NCBI RefSeq assembly: GCF_009914755.1
Contig: NC_060929.1
DNA length: 64,000 nucleotides
From: the human T2T-CHM13v2.0 reference genome, Homo sapiens
Reading direction: 5' to 3' (one strand)
Part shown: one piece after another, positions 11,977 to 25,986 of the stretch
How positions within the stretch are numbered: position 1 is the stretch's first letter
How the letters are laid out: each line of letters starts with the position of its first letter
Made by a program: the position numbers and the translations under genes
Notes under the pieces: model-generated
Database searches by the model: none
Told to the model about the DNA's origin: nothing
Seen by the model: the letters and a program-made list of their open reading frames with translations, nothing else

Positions 11977-13763
11977 TCAGATGCTTTATTTGTTAGGGGT
12001 CATTTTGCATTCTGCAATAATGATTGATACTACAGTCTCCCTACCTATGGTACAGTCATGTATACACAGCAGGTGCTTGTGAACCAGCTGGAACCAGTAA
12101 GCTGAAAGTCTCATTATTTCCATCTGGGTCCCTTGTCCCTACTGTCTGTCAAACACTGTTCTATGGGCTCTACATATAACATCTCCACTCTTCACAACAA
12201 CATGTAGAGTAGCTGTTAATATCATCAGAGAGGCTCAGAGAGGTGAACTGAGTTGCTCAAACTCCCAAATAGTAGAGTAAGTGGAAGGGCTCAGTCTGCT
12301 GGACTCTGAATTCTGTGTTCTCTCCATTCCTCCCTTGGGCTTTGGAGGAAGATAAAACTGGATGAGTTACAAAGTTGGGGATGAATTACACAGCACAGAG
12401 ATAGAAATAAGGCAGGTATGAAGGAAGAAATAAACATTTGTAAAAGACAATTACGTATTACATCTGTTGGAGCCCAGGGTTTTATTTGGAGCAGGGTAGA
12501 AAATGAGAATGGGTTGGGTTTCCTTAATGAAACCAACTCATAGGTGAATTTGAGTGTAAGGCGACTCTAGGTTGAGGAATAGCCCATTGAAGTTTATGGC
12601 AATATGCAAACCTGAGTTCAAATCTTGATTCTTACCTTTGGGTATGTTATTCACGTCCCAGAGTCTCTATACTTGTTGAACAACTGACAGTGTGGGTGAT
12701 AAGTGTGGAAGGGGTATAAGCAAAATCACTGAGGCTGGTGTTCAGCACATCAAATAGGCTAAACAGATAGATATGCTTTGGCTTAACCCACTTTTCCAGT
12801 GGTGGTGAATGCGATGAGATGGAGACAGAGAGTCTAGCTGGCATTGTTATCAGGGCACCTCGCAGCTTCTGCACTAGCAGGCCTGGCTGCCATGACCCAG
12901 TGCTCCCTCAAAGCCCGTGGTGAAGGCTTGATGAAGAATATCTTGTCACACAGCCCTCTAAAAGCTGCACATGCAGAACTACACAGACCTTGAAAAACCC
13001 GATGCACTTTCCTGCAAAATATTCTTATGGTCTTAATGGCAAGGAGAACCACGTTAAAAAAAAAAATCATTAAATGCAAACAAAAGGAGAGCAATATCCC
13101 AGGTATTGAAAATATTTTTATTTGCATAGAAATAATGTAAATTTTTCTCACTTTTTGACCCCTTCAAAAATAGGGGCTTCACAAACCCCAAAGATTTAGA
13201 GAAAAGTAGATACTTTAGTCAAGCATCTGAATAAATAGCAGGTATTAGGAAACATCATTAGGACAACTGTTTAAATCCTCTTGCTTAAATGTAAGTCCTT
13301 TTGCAATACTTAACTTTAACACAAAAGCCATGTTTTTATTAAGTTCTTGAAGTCACATAGGATTTTAAAGTTTTGACTCAAGTTCTTTTTTCTCTCCTTA
13401 CAAATTATTTTTTTCTGTGTGAGTGGGGCACCATGGTTATTTCCAGGAAGAACCTTGTTTCTGCCCAGGATTAATTACCTCCTCTGGGATGACTTCTATT
13501 GTGCATTCCAGAAAAGGACTCATGAGTTTGGGATTCACATCTTATTCATTTGTTAGCACTTTTGTCTAATGTGGAACATAGTAAAATGAAATACTCAAGG
13601 CTTGGGCTTTGGAGTCAGATGACTTGGGTTCAAATCCCAGCTGTGCTCCCTGCTAACAGCATGATGTTAGGAAAGTCAGTTCAACTAAGCCTCAGTTTCC
13701 TTACCTGTAAATGGGGAAGACAGTCTTACTAAGTTCAGAGAAAAGTACTGAATGTTAAAAGAA

Positions 13764-13948
13764 TGTGTATACATATATATATATATATGTGTGTGTATAT
13801 ATATATGTATATATATGTGTATATATGTATATATATGTATATATATACACACACACATATATAGTAATATATATATTACTAGAATACTTAGTACTTAGCT
13901 CAGTTCTTGAAATAAAGCAAGATCTATATATATATATATATATGTGTG
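13764..13948. repeat. (TA)n/(TATG)n/(CA)n compound low-complexity repeat
   Basis: Direct reading; explains the YIYI-type ORFs. Confidence 0.9.
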
Positions 13949-15229
13949 ATAATGAGGTCATTGAACTTATTATTTTGAATACAATTATTCCTAGTACTTT
14001 TTTTGTTACTGTTATCTGAGCATGTCTCTTTGCTTCATCAAATATCCTGACATCTCATTGCTACATAAATCACTTATGCATTGCCTACACAGAACATTCT
14101 AATATCTGCTTGCCATTAATCTGTTGAATAAAAAAGAACCCGTTGTTTTAAGTGAATTTTGGGAATTGATCTGCAACATGCCCTCTGTCATAAATTCGTG
14201 AATATATTAAAAAGGGTTGGGCAGAGCAGCAATTTCACTAATAATATTTACTGCTTTGGGGATGGAGAGGAGATTGTAGTCCTTTGGTCTTGGGGAATTA
14301 AGTCAGGATCCAAATCAACTTAAAGAGCAAAATGGTTCTGTAATTAAGACAATGGGAGTGAGAGCACTATGGTTTCAACCACAGATGGTGTAGGATAAGG
14401 TTTTCAGGTATGACTGAAATGGATGATGAGTGAGGACCTGGAGCATGGCTGTCAAATAAGCACTGTGATCTGCTACCTCTCCCCACTCCACGTCCATGAA
14501 ATTTCTAATTGATTATGTCACTGTTTCCTGCCAAATCCAGGGCTTCCTCACAGTCCTTCTCAACACAGCATTCCACACAGCCACTACCAATCTATCAGAG
14601 TTAGCACAAAACTGGCTATCGGTACTTTAATCAGGAAAAAAAAAATTCATGAGTTCAAACTATCACTAAATTGTATTCATTAGGAGACAGATAAATTAGA
14701 AAAAGTTGGATTAGTCCCCATATTTAAGGTCATGGTTAATCCAATCACACAGATAATTAGTTTGACTTTGATTTACATGGGGATCTTGAAAACACTTACA
14801 CACACACCCACACATACACAAGACCATATGAGTTTAATGAAAAAGACATATTGCTGCCTTTGCCTGTTTCCTTTCGTTTTTTAACAGATCAGTTGAACCT
14901 GGTTTTCTGTCCATTTGCTGGAGACTCTATACTCATTCAAAATGGAACTTTCAACATAGTTGGAGAGTCAAGGGGCTTCAGCAGTACATAAAGTGGGAAC
15001 AAGGTGAATGTCTATCACCTGGTTACCTGCCCATGCCACACTGAGCATTTCTGTAAGAAATCAAAATTTATAAAGTGAGCCTGTAGAAGTTTCAGTTTTC
15101 TCCCCTGTACTTTGGAACCTGTTTGTGTCTGTACAGATGGTCTCTGTCAGTTGGAATAGTCAGGGGGGAAAATGTAGCATAAGTGAACAAAATTAGCAAA
15201 TGACATAGCAAACAGAAAACAGCATACCA

Positions 15230-15514
15230 GGGCTGGCATGATGGTTCATGCCTGTAATTCCAGCACTTTGGGAGGCTGAGGCAGGTGGAGGCTTGAGCTC
15301 AGGAGTTCGAGACCAGCCTGGGCAACATAGTGAAACTCCTTCTATACAAAAAATACAAAAATTAACCAGGCATAGTGGCTTGCATCTGTAATCCCAGCTA
15401 CTTGTGGGGACTGAGGTGAGGTGGAGGTTGCAGTGAGCCGAGATCATGCCACTGTGCTCCAGCGTGAGCAACAAGCAAGACCATGTCAAAAAAGAAAAAA
15501 AGAAAGAGAAAGAT

Positions 15515-15548
<34 letters not shown>

Positions 15549-15679
15549 GAAAGAGAAGGAAGGAAGGAAGGAAAAGAAAGAAGGAAAGAAAGGAAGAAAA
15601 AAAGAGAAAGAGAGAGACAGAAAGAAAGCAAACAAGCACGAAAGAAAGAAAGCACGAAAGAAAGCACGAAAGAAAGAAA

Positions 15680-15723
<44 letters not shown>

Positions 15724-15730
15724 AAAGAAA
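15230..15730 (+). mobile_element. Alu (AluJ-like) with about 240 bp purine-rich (GAAA/GGAA)n tail (15488-15730)
   Basis: Alu body 15230-15487; degenerate TSD ...agcatacca / ...agtatacca. Confidence 0.93.
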
Positions 15731-16544
15731 GAGTATACCATTTGCTGGGGGCAGATCTAGGGACTGAGAAATTTCCGAAGTAATGGTAGGTACCAGTAAG
15801 CAGAGTTGAAGGAGCTCCCAAAACATGGGCTTAACGTGGGCAGAAAAATAACAGGAATCAGACAATTCTGTGATGCGTATTCTCAATACACTGTAGTAAC
15901 CCCAATGCTTTCATTGTGTTATGACTGCTCTTCTATTGTCTGTATTTGTATAAATTAAACAGCAGCTCTCTCTGTACTATATGAAATGAATTCATGCTGA
16001 ACAAAATTTCAAAAAGTTCATGTAAAGAATAATTTCACAGCAACTATCATATCAGGCTCCTGGAAAATTGCACTTGAACTTCAGTTCCACCTCAGTCACT
16101 CAAAGGAATTTAAAAATTGGCTTCCAGCCATCCTTGTTCTTCAACATGCAGTTTCAGATATGCCTCAATAACACAAACTTTAAAGCCTATTGATTGTGAG
16201 TTAAAATCTGTTCCTACCAGAGCCTCGCTGCTAAGTGGACGTCAACACTGACTTCACAGTGCCTTGGTCAGGATTCCTCTGAGTTCAGGAGCCTTGAAGA
16301 AGGCAGAGGGTAACACTGCTATGAAGGAGCCACTTTGAACTTTATAACAAAATTACAAGAAAAACTTTGAACTCTGTCGGATGATAGCGGCTGTAAATGG
16401 TTATTCAAAGAAATGTTTCTTATTTGAAATCTGGAGTCCCTTGGGATTGGGAGATGGGAACGCAGAAACGTGATCTGCTGTAGATCACTCTCCTTCTTTT
16501 ATGTCACTTCTTCCCTTTTTTTCTCACCATTCTGTTTAGGCAAG

Positions 16545-16810
16545 CATCATGTAAATGGTTAGAGGGTGAACTTTGAAATAGTTAAACCCAAGTTTGAATC
16601 CTGGCCTCTGCTGCTTAACTATCTGTGCGGTTTAACCTCTCTGGGTCTCAGTTTCCTCATGTATGAAATGGGAATGTGTTATTTCATTTTATGGGAATAT
16701 ATGATAATTCTAACCTCAAGGGACTGTTTTGAGGATTAAATTAGATAATACATATAAAGGAACTAGCACAGCGAGTGGCAGATAGTTATTGTGTAAGAAA
16801 CATCAGCAGT
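16545..16810 (+). mobile_element. MIR SINE
   Basis: TTTGAATCCTGGC...TAACCTCTCTGGGTCTCAGTTTCCTCAT...GAGGATTAAATTAGATAATAC. Confidence 0.75.
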
Positions 16811-18189
16811 TAAATTACTAATTATAATGATAGTTATTTTTGTTAGAAGGAGACCTGGGATGAGGGAGGTATTGATTAAACATTAGCACTGATTCTGATC
16901 AAACTCCATCGTGTTCAGTGTACCTTTTCCAGAACACCCAGCAAGAAAGTCATGCCTTATATGAATCCCAAACAGCCATGAATGAATGGAGTTTTTCAAG
17001 TCAAACTCCATTTATCAACTGGTCAATTTCAGGAATGATTTGTCTCCATTTCTATTCTGTTACTGTACAGGAGCCCCTAACATTTAAGCTTTAAGAGTAT
17101 CTCATCTCCTATCTCTGCCACCCCCATCCTCAAAGGGTAATGGGCCAGTGGTTTGATGCCTCTGCTGCTGTTCATCCTGTTTTCTCTCTCCAGAAGTCAC
17201 TTTCTTCCTCTTTGGACGTTTGCTCAGGTATCACCTTTCCCAGGAATCCTTATTTGACTCTAAACCCCAACTCCTACCTGGCCAGGCTGAAACAAGTGTC
17301 TCTTTTCTCTGTCCCCACAGCACCATGTCATTACATGCCGCTATTCTGCTTTTTATCATGTGGCACTGAAATGACACATTTACCTGTCTGTCTCCCACTA
17401 GACTATAAGCTCTCTGAGGGCAGGGGTGGTGTCTTTCTTATTTTTGTATCCTCAATGTCTAGCGAAGTGCAGATACATTTTATTGAACCAAATGAACCCA
17501 TAAATAGCATTAAATTCACTGAATAATGAATCAGAAAATACAATTATAAAAGCAACAATAAAAATGGACATTGATTTGAGGTGTCTGCTGATGTCTCTAC
17601 ATCAGCAGTACATCTAAAAGCAGGAACACACATTTCTTCTGTCTCAGGTACTTCTTACTTGCATTGCAACACTCACCTTGTCCTCAAGTTTGCTTTCTCA
17701 ATGTTCTGTCCTTCCTTCCACACCCCCAGATTTAGGACATGTGCCATGGGTTGCTTCTCTTGGCTCATTTTCCTGAACTTCCCAAATGAGCAAACCAGCA
17801 GGCAAGCAACTGCAAAGGCCCCAAGATGGAAGGATGAAGCAGGCAAAAGTATAGGTGGTGATTGTCCTCACCCAGCAATTTGGCTGCCAGGAGCTCCCTG
17901 CCATGTGAAGGAGAGGATGCAGCAGCCTCTGTGTGGGAGGACAACTTCTTGACCCAAGGGCCGCTCCATGTCACTGAGCACCTTCTGCCGGACTGGCTGC
18001 TCCTCCTCAAGGCTAGAGAGTCTGTGCTTTTCTTTGTCCGAAAACCACAGTTATGGTGTCCCAAAAACCACATAATGAAGAGGGTGGGGACATTGGCCAA
18101 CTCTTTGGGATGCCAATGCATCACCCTTTCCATCACTCTTCCACTTCTACCTCAAACTAATGAGTCTAGTTTTAGAGTACCTTATTTTT

Positions 18190-18870
18190 GGTCATTCATT
18201 CAGCAGATGCGATTCTTTAGGAAGGCATTGGTGATGCAGGGGGTGAATAAAATAAACAAGATGCCTGCATTCAAAGAGTAGTAAGGGCCATGAAGAAATG
18301 TAAGCAGAGTAGTTGCCTAGAGCAGGCAGATGGGCAAATTTCAAGAAGACAAACATGGAAGGGTTGATTGAAGAGAAGAAGTGAGATTGTGAATGTTGGC
18401 AAGGTGTTGTAGTTGGGGGTTGGGGGTGGTGTCCTGCATGGAGGGGACAGGAAGTGTGAAGACTCTGAAGGTGGAATGGCTTGGTGTGTTCAAACAACAG
18501 AAATAAAGATGACCATATTGGCTAGAGAATAAGGGGCCACGTGGAAAGTCGTAAGTGTTACTATGAGAGTGAGGTAGGAGAGGCAGCTATGGGCTGGAGT
18601 ACTCAAGACAGGTAGGTCATCATAAGGAGTTTGGGTTTCCTTCTGCAAGCATTGGGAAGTCACTGGAGTGTGCTAAGCGGGCGAATGATACAATCTGATT
18701 CCTCACCTTAAAATTTCATTCTGGCTGCTGTGGAGGTAGGACTGGGACAATGGGGAGTAGATGGATTATGTGGCAAGAATGGAAGCAGTGAGACCAGCAA
18801 GGAGGTAGCTCAGAGAGAGATAATGAGGACTTAGATTAGGACTGTAGCAGAGGAGGTAAAAGAAACTGGA
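18190..18870. mobile_element. L2 LINE 3' fragment
   Basis: TCATTCATTCA end followed by typical purine-rich L2 sequence; boundaries approximate. Confidence 0.55.
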
Positions 18871-19133
18871 TGGTTGCTAGACTGATTCCATTTGAGCTGT
18901 GTACATGGATATTTCTGCTCATGTCCTTTTTCTGAAATATGCAACTACCTAAAATATGAATTTAGACTTTTGGAGAAACATCAAACCACTCTTTTAAAAA
19001 AGCACATCTGGAGCAGTTCATTTCTTTTTTTTTTTTTTAATATTTATATTGTGAGCTGGTTTCAATGTAACTTTCTTGGGGTGCTCTCGTGACACTCATT
19101 GCTGACCTTTGACCCCTCTGTCCTCTTTCCCAG

Positions 19134-19343
19134 GTCGTCCCATTCCACCTACATCCTCGCCTAGTCTCCTCCCATCTGCTCAGCTGCCTAGCTCCCATAA
19201 TCCTCCACCAGTTAGCTGCCAGATGCCATTGCTAGACAGCAACACCTCCCATCAAATCATGGACACCAACCCTGATGAGGAATTCTCCCCCAATTCATAC
19301 CTGCTCAGAGCATGCTCAGGGCCCCAGCAAGCCTCCAGCAGTG
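19134..19343 (+). CDS. TENM2: Internal coding exon of teneurin-2 (proline/serine-rich part of the N-terminal intracellular domain; probably canonical exon 3), 210 nt, phase 1/1
   Basis: Translation (G)[69 protein letters not shown](G) matches the teneurin-2 intracellular sequence as I recall it. Acceptor ctctgtcctctttcccag|GT at 19133/19134, branch-point-like CTGAC at 19102-19106, donor AGTG|gtaagg at 19343/19344. The exon number is from memory. Confidence 0.95.
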
Positions 19344-21721
19344 GTAAGGAAACTCCGTGGTGTCTGAATGTGTGGTGTTTCGTGAGTGACATTCTTGATT
19401 CTCCACCAAAATGACAATGCTGAAACAAGGGCTGGGGGAAGGTGGTGTGGGGAGCATCAAGGTGAAATGCATTTGTCATTTTGTGGCATGGTATTTTCAA
19501 GATACATCTGTAGAAGGTTGAAGTTACTTAAGAGGTTTTGCTTATCTTAACAGGATTTGGGCCTCCTTCAGTGGAAGGCATTTGCCCATTGCTACATGTG
19601 TGAGCATGCTGGTCTCAAAGGTGAAGTGCAGAGAGACACCGGCATATTGAATTTTGTATTACTATGGTTCTGGTCATAGCTGAGTGACCCTGGACACCCT
19701 CACAGGCCCAATTTGTGTGTATCTCAGATCCCTGGTTTGTTTTTTGTTTTCTTGTTGTTGTTTGTTTGTTTGTTTGTTTTGGCTTTTAACTTCTATTCCT
19801 TGCTTGTTTAGATGATTTTGAAATTACAATGTGTTCCGTTGACATCAGTACTGAATGTCTTGCCAAGTCTGAAGTGTTTGGGGGGTGACATCTCCTGTAA
19901 CCCTTTGCTTGTGACCTCACTAGAATTTGACAAGTTGGTGGTGTGGTACTATGGTAAATACTGCCTCTAAATCCATAGTTCTTATTTTGGTTTTCTCATT
20001 CATGGAACAGGGAAACTGGACCCAAGATCCTGTCCCACTTTTGAAGATTTTGTGGCCACTGTCTTAGCTCCCAATCTCTGAATCTTGGGTGGAATTGCCC
20101 TGGGCCCAGCGATAATCATGCCTTATTTTGATTTCTCCTGTTGGTGTTATGTTCCTGTGAACATCTGAACGTAGGAACGGGCAATAACTAGAGTATAAGT
20201 GTCCATGGCCCAGGGAGAGACATTTGCAAAAATTAATTACTCCTGACCTAAAGGCTTGGGAGTTATCTTCTGAACTGGTCAGTCATGAGGTTAATTAGCA
20301 TATCCCATCCAAAGCAATACAGAGCTTTCCATGCCGAGAGTGGGTCTTGATGAGATTGTGTTTAGGCTCCATTCAGGAGTATATGCCACCCACCACTGGC
20401 CTCAACCTCTACAATTAGAGAGGACCTCCCAAATACATTTAAGATGACTCATTCTGGAAATGGAATGATGGACTGCTACTTAGGATGGCCCATGCCCTTC
20501 TTCATAGCCAGGCCTGATATATTTAGTAAACTCATATTCTTTTTCAAAAAAAATTACCTAATCAAATCTCTCATCAAATGAGCAATCCATTGTTGATATT
20601 ATGAAGGCCTTTAATCTACCATAAATCTTTATTAGAACTCATCAGAGCTTCTAGTTTGAGAGAAATGTGATTATGGCACTCTTAAAATGACATTACATCA
20701 TTGGGGTGATTGGTTTATCATTTGGAGAAGAGACATCAATCATAACTAGCATAACCACACAGTAAATGAATTCAACCTTTCTACCGCGGAACAATGACAC
20801 TGTAATTGCTCAAAATCAGGCTTAAAATGAAATCGGAAAATGCTCTTTCTTCAAATATGATGTTAACTTAATGGAATATATTATGAAAAATCATGTTTGA
20901 GGAAATTCTATATAATTAAAAATATGTGGAAATATATTCCCTTTTTACTTTCATCAGAACCTGATTTTAGCTACAGAGCCCTTTTTTTGCTGCAGAGATT
21001 ATGTTGCATTTAATTGAACTACCTTCGCTTATGTTTTGCTGCTTTTTATTTCATACTATGTAATCGTGATGAATATTGTATTATGAAGGACAAGAGGCTT
21101 TTGAAATGAGGTGCACCTGCTGATAGCTTTTTAAAAACAGACAATTATTAGGGATAAAATGAGCTTTTAAAAACTATATCCTTTTATGCCTATATGGATA
21201 CCCAGGCAATGATGATTTCCATAAGAGAGGTCAGTTCATATCTTGAGGCCATCTGGAATGTTTTCTTAGCAATAATGCAGTAAGTGATTTCCTTTCTTTT
21301 GGACAGTGTATCAGATTGAAACTTGTTGATAGGGTATTTATGTCAGCTTTATGCCTAATCAAGACCTCATTTTGGTGGACACAACAGATCTGTGTGTTCA
21401 GAGTCAAACTTGTCCATTTTTCGTCACTCACACCAATTTGTTCAGCTCACTTAAGACTGATAGCAATTTAAGCTTTAGTAACAGGAGAAAATGCCACAGA
21501 AAATTTAAGGGTCCATTTTCATCCCAAACAGGAGCTGTGCTGATATGATTTCTTCAACTGAGGGAGTGAAGGCCCAATTGTGCAATACCCTTGTTTTCAG
21601 CAGGTACTTATTATCAGAGAGTTTGTTAAAGCTCCGGTCAACAGGCAGTCATTAGAAATTCTGGACTCTGGCTTAGCTAAAATGAGAGCAAATCGAGTTC
21701 GAGTATGCGTGTGCTCACGTC

Positions 21722-21748
21722 TGTGTGTGTGTGTGTGTGTGTGTGTGT
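21722..21748. repeat. (TG)n microsatellite
   Basis: Direct reading. Confidence 0.9.
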
Positions 21749-23178
21749 TTCTTGTGGAATGGGTTTAAGGTCCAGGGCAAATTGGGGATTCTATCAAGAT
21801 TTGAATGCAGTTGTCATGAATTTAAATTTGACATAAAGGATTGAAAATTGAGTTTGACACGGAAGATGCAAAGTGCAGAGCTATGTCTGAGTGTTTTGAA
21901 CTGAGTCTGATAAAAGGGGCTGAATTTTTCAGGAGGTGTCACAGCACAAACAAAGTGGCCTTGTGTTTGGGTGTGTTGTGTTTAGTTGGTTAATTACACA
22001 GAATTTTTTAAATTTGTCTCTTGGCAATAACCCTGTGTTCTGAGAATCTGGTACTACTTTGGTCTTTGTCTCTTTCTTAGGTGAAATAAAACACTTTCCA
22101 ACACATCAGCCCATACACGACAGTAAAACATTATTTCCTGCTCTCCTCTTATAGTTGCTGTTATTATTTGATGTTGGTGAAGCCCATCATTAGGAGGGTC
22201 ACAGTACACAATTCCTTCCCGAGGAGCACCTGTTCTATAGAAACAAATGGGACATAAACTACAGGAACGAAAATGTTTTTCCCCAACATGAAAAACTCCT
22301 CAAAGCAACAACAAAGCTTCACCTTTATGGCTTGAGTGTCATTATTTTCTATGACAGTGGTGCATTCTTTAGTGAATGGTACTAAAACCTTGCCACCTTT
22401 GGAGTCAAATTGCTCTAACCCTCAATCTATGCCAATCAAGTAGATACCCAGGTACAGTTAGTGAGATGTTTACGGGAGTGGTGTTTCTCTCCCCCTTAAG
22501 CATTTTCTTTCAAATAGCTGAGCTCCAGCGAGTGGCTCATTCTGTGTTCTGACCTTCTGCCAGAGCGGGTTGCTCCAGATATGTTTCTTGTATACAGAAG
22601 CATAATTTCAAATCCTATGGAATAACTCATCTGGAAAAAAAATCTAGATCCCAGCAGCAGCATAATGGAGGCCCCTGCAGATGGAAGAATGAGACTACCT
22701 TCCAAATCAGAATAGGGTTTGCAGTTTGCTCTCAGCATATGATGCAGAAAATATACAGGCAACCACATTATCTTCTAAAAGCACTGGCTTTCCTCTACCT
22801 GTGAAACATTGAGGTTTTTTTTAAAGTTTAAATAAAGGGGCTTTGAACACTCATTAGTAGCATCAAACTATACACATAAGAAATGTAGTAACCAAGATGC
22901 CCTAGCTAGGACATCTTGGTAGATCTTATGTGGCAAAAGAGCTGTCCCAGTCAGAGAGTCTCTGTTTGTAACTGAGCACATGAAGGGTGCCCTAACCCTT
23001 TTTAAAGAGCAATGCCTTAGTTAATTCTAAATGAAAATAGTATATCAAAATCAGCAGGCTTTGGGGTTGCCTAGGATCAATAAGTTGCCTGTCTAATTTA
23101 TCTGGCATCATAAAACAAATGAGATTCATTCATTCATTCCTTTTTTGCACCTCCCTCATAATATGTAACAGCTTATAA

Positions 23179-23505
<327 letters not shown>

Positions 23506-25610
23506 TAATTAGATGATACAATAAAGGTAAAGGAAAAATTTAAGGGAGAAAGTATACATATATGCTCAAATGTATAAAGTCCTATTCCATTATTTAAGAT
23601 AGAGAACTTGATTTTAAGCTTCCTAGCAACCAAAGCAAAAAGGGAAACATAGGGAAAAGAAGATGAATAATACCCCATGAGTAAAAGCAAATCAGTCATT
23701 TCAGGGAAATTCTGGGAATCCTCACAATGAGGCCAGAAAGAAGTTTGTCATAAAGGAGCTCATGTGTGTATCCAGATGACTGGATTCTTAGTAACATCAT
23801 ATAATACATATGCTAATTTCCTGTCAAAATTCCTTGTAACCTCCCTTAAATAAGACATAGAGCGCACTTTCCATGTAAAAACAATTCTACAAATGTCCAA
23901 TATTTGCACAGTCCAAGGGCAAAACTTGACTTGATCAATAGAAAAACCTTAGTTCTTATAAAGGACCATGTAAATTGCATGCCCTATAGGCAATAGACCT
24001 CAAATGTCATTGCTCATAACTGAATTTTTATGGGAATTAGCAGACTTTGAGGTTAAAGTCACCATTCAGGACCTGAAAAGCAGATGTTCTGTGTTACAGA
24101 TTCGTCCTGACAGCCTCATAGAGGTTAGAATTGACATCCTCTCATGAAAACTTCAGGACAGCCTCCCTCACTCATCTGGCCCCTAATATCCATCCATGGA
24201 GATGGATTTGGGATGAGGAAGAAGTCAATATTTTTAACTTAATGAAACTTCTTCTCCTTATATATCTTAGGTTTTAGAAAGAAATTTTTCTCTGAGATAT
24301 TGTAAATTTTCTTGCCTCCCTAAGCAGATTATGCACATTGTAATTTAATTTAATTTAGGATTCCCTGAATAGCTCACAGCAGTTATTATGCACATTGATG
24401 ATTGTACAGTGCTGATAATACTATCTTGCTCTTTTCTACAAAAGCCATTGTACATCCTGTGGTTGTTTATCCCACTTCTCCTAATGTTCTGCATTGTAAC
24501 TTCTTATTGTGCTCTTTATCAGCTTTTCTTCCTCCTCCCAGCTTCACTCCGTTCTTCAGGGACCTCCACTGCAGTTTCTCTGGTGACAGATTCATAGTAG
24601 ACACTCCGTAAGTATTTGTTAAATAAATGAATGAGTGTCTATAGTAACCACCTTTATTTTTCACTCTTGATTTTGGGGTCAGGATATCAAGTGCAAACAT
24701 CATTCACTTTCCCAAGTTGGATTTGTACCGCACATAAGCCACTTTGACTCCAGGTTCTTCCCCAAGTCCCTTGGATGTCTGGTTCAGACATTCAGAGCTA
24801 CCTGCGGCTCCTTCCTGGCATCCAGGCAGAGGTTTGGTTCCAGCTGCCTCTCTTCTGGACAGGTTCTTGTCCCACTGGGTAGTACAGGCTAAGTCCAGCA
24901 TGTTATCTTTGCTGTGGAGGTCACAGAAACAGCCATCCCTCTTGCCCCAAATGCAGAGCCACACAGGACTTGGGCTATCAGCTCATGGCCCTTTTTCTCC
25001 CTCAACTCTAGTTAGTATGCTAAGTACTTTACATGACTTTCTTCATGTACTTGTATTTAGTCCCTGCCACCTCCCAATGCATGAAGGATTATCATCATAC
25101 CCATTTTCTAGATGACAAAACCACGGCACAAAGAGGTTAAGTAATGTACGAAAGTCACAAAGCTGGAAAGTGAAGGATTTCGGCTTCAACCTTAACCTTC
25201 CTAATTGCAGAGACTTTTCTCCTCACTCCTCTGTTAACTGTTAACCTCAGAATATTTGTTTGGCTGATTGAGATATACAACAGACAGTGAAAGCGTTGTA
25301 TTAAAGGGCATGGGTTACAATTTTTTAAAGATTTCTTAAAACGAAATACAGCATCACAAAATACCCTTTACGCCCACTGTTTGGCAAACACACATATCCC
25401 CAGACACTTCCCCTGGAGATTCTGATTCCCTAAGCTCAGGAGGGGCTAAGGAACTCTGCATTTACCATTCCCTTCAGGTGAAGCATGTGCTCTGACAAGT
25501 CTTGGAACCATTAATGTAGTGGGAAGCTCTAAAGTGAAAGTTGGAAAACTTGAGTTTTCTTCACACTGCTCCTGATTCACAGCATGATTTTTGTCAAGTC
25601 ATTCAATCAT

Positions 25611-25986
25611 TGTATTAGTCTGTTCTCACACTGCTATGAAGAAACACCCGACACTGGGTAATTTATAAAGGGAAGAAGTTTAATTGACTCACAGTTCTGC
25701 ATGGCTGGAAAGGCCTAAGGAAACGTACAATCATGGCGGAAGGTGAAGGGGAAGAACAGCACCTTCTTCACAAAGCAGCAGGAAGGAGAAGTGCAAACAG
25801 GGGTAATGCCAGATGCCTATAAAACCATCAGATCTCATGAGACTCACTCACTATCATGAGAACAGCATGGGGGAAACTGCCCAGTGATCCAATTACCTCC
25901 ACCTAGTACCACCCTTGACATGTGGGGATTATGGGAATTACAATTCAAGATGAGATTTTGAGTGGGAACACAGCCAAACCATATCA
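25611..25986 (-). mobile_element. MaLR solo LTR (THE1/MST family) inserted in MIR-like sequence
   Basis: TGTATTAGTCTGTTCTCACACTGCTAT...CAGCCAAACCATATCA; 5-bp TSD ATCAT/ATCAC. Confidence 0.9.

Noticed and set aside
15193-15886. Lys/Glu/Arg-rich and Phe/Leu/Ser-rich ORFs
   Set aside because: Translations of the (GAAA)n Alu tail.
19109-19414. 101-aa ORF as a standalone gene
   Set aside because: Only 19134-19343 is exonic; the flanks are splice-site and intron sequence, and the start is TTG.
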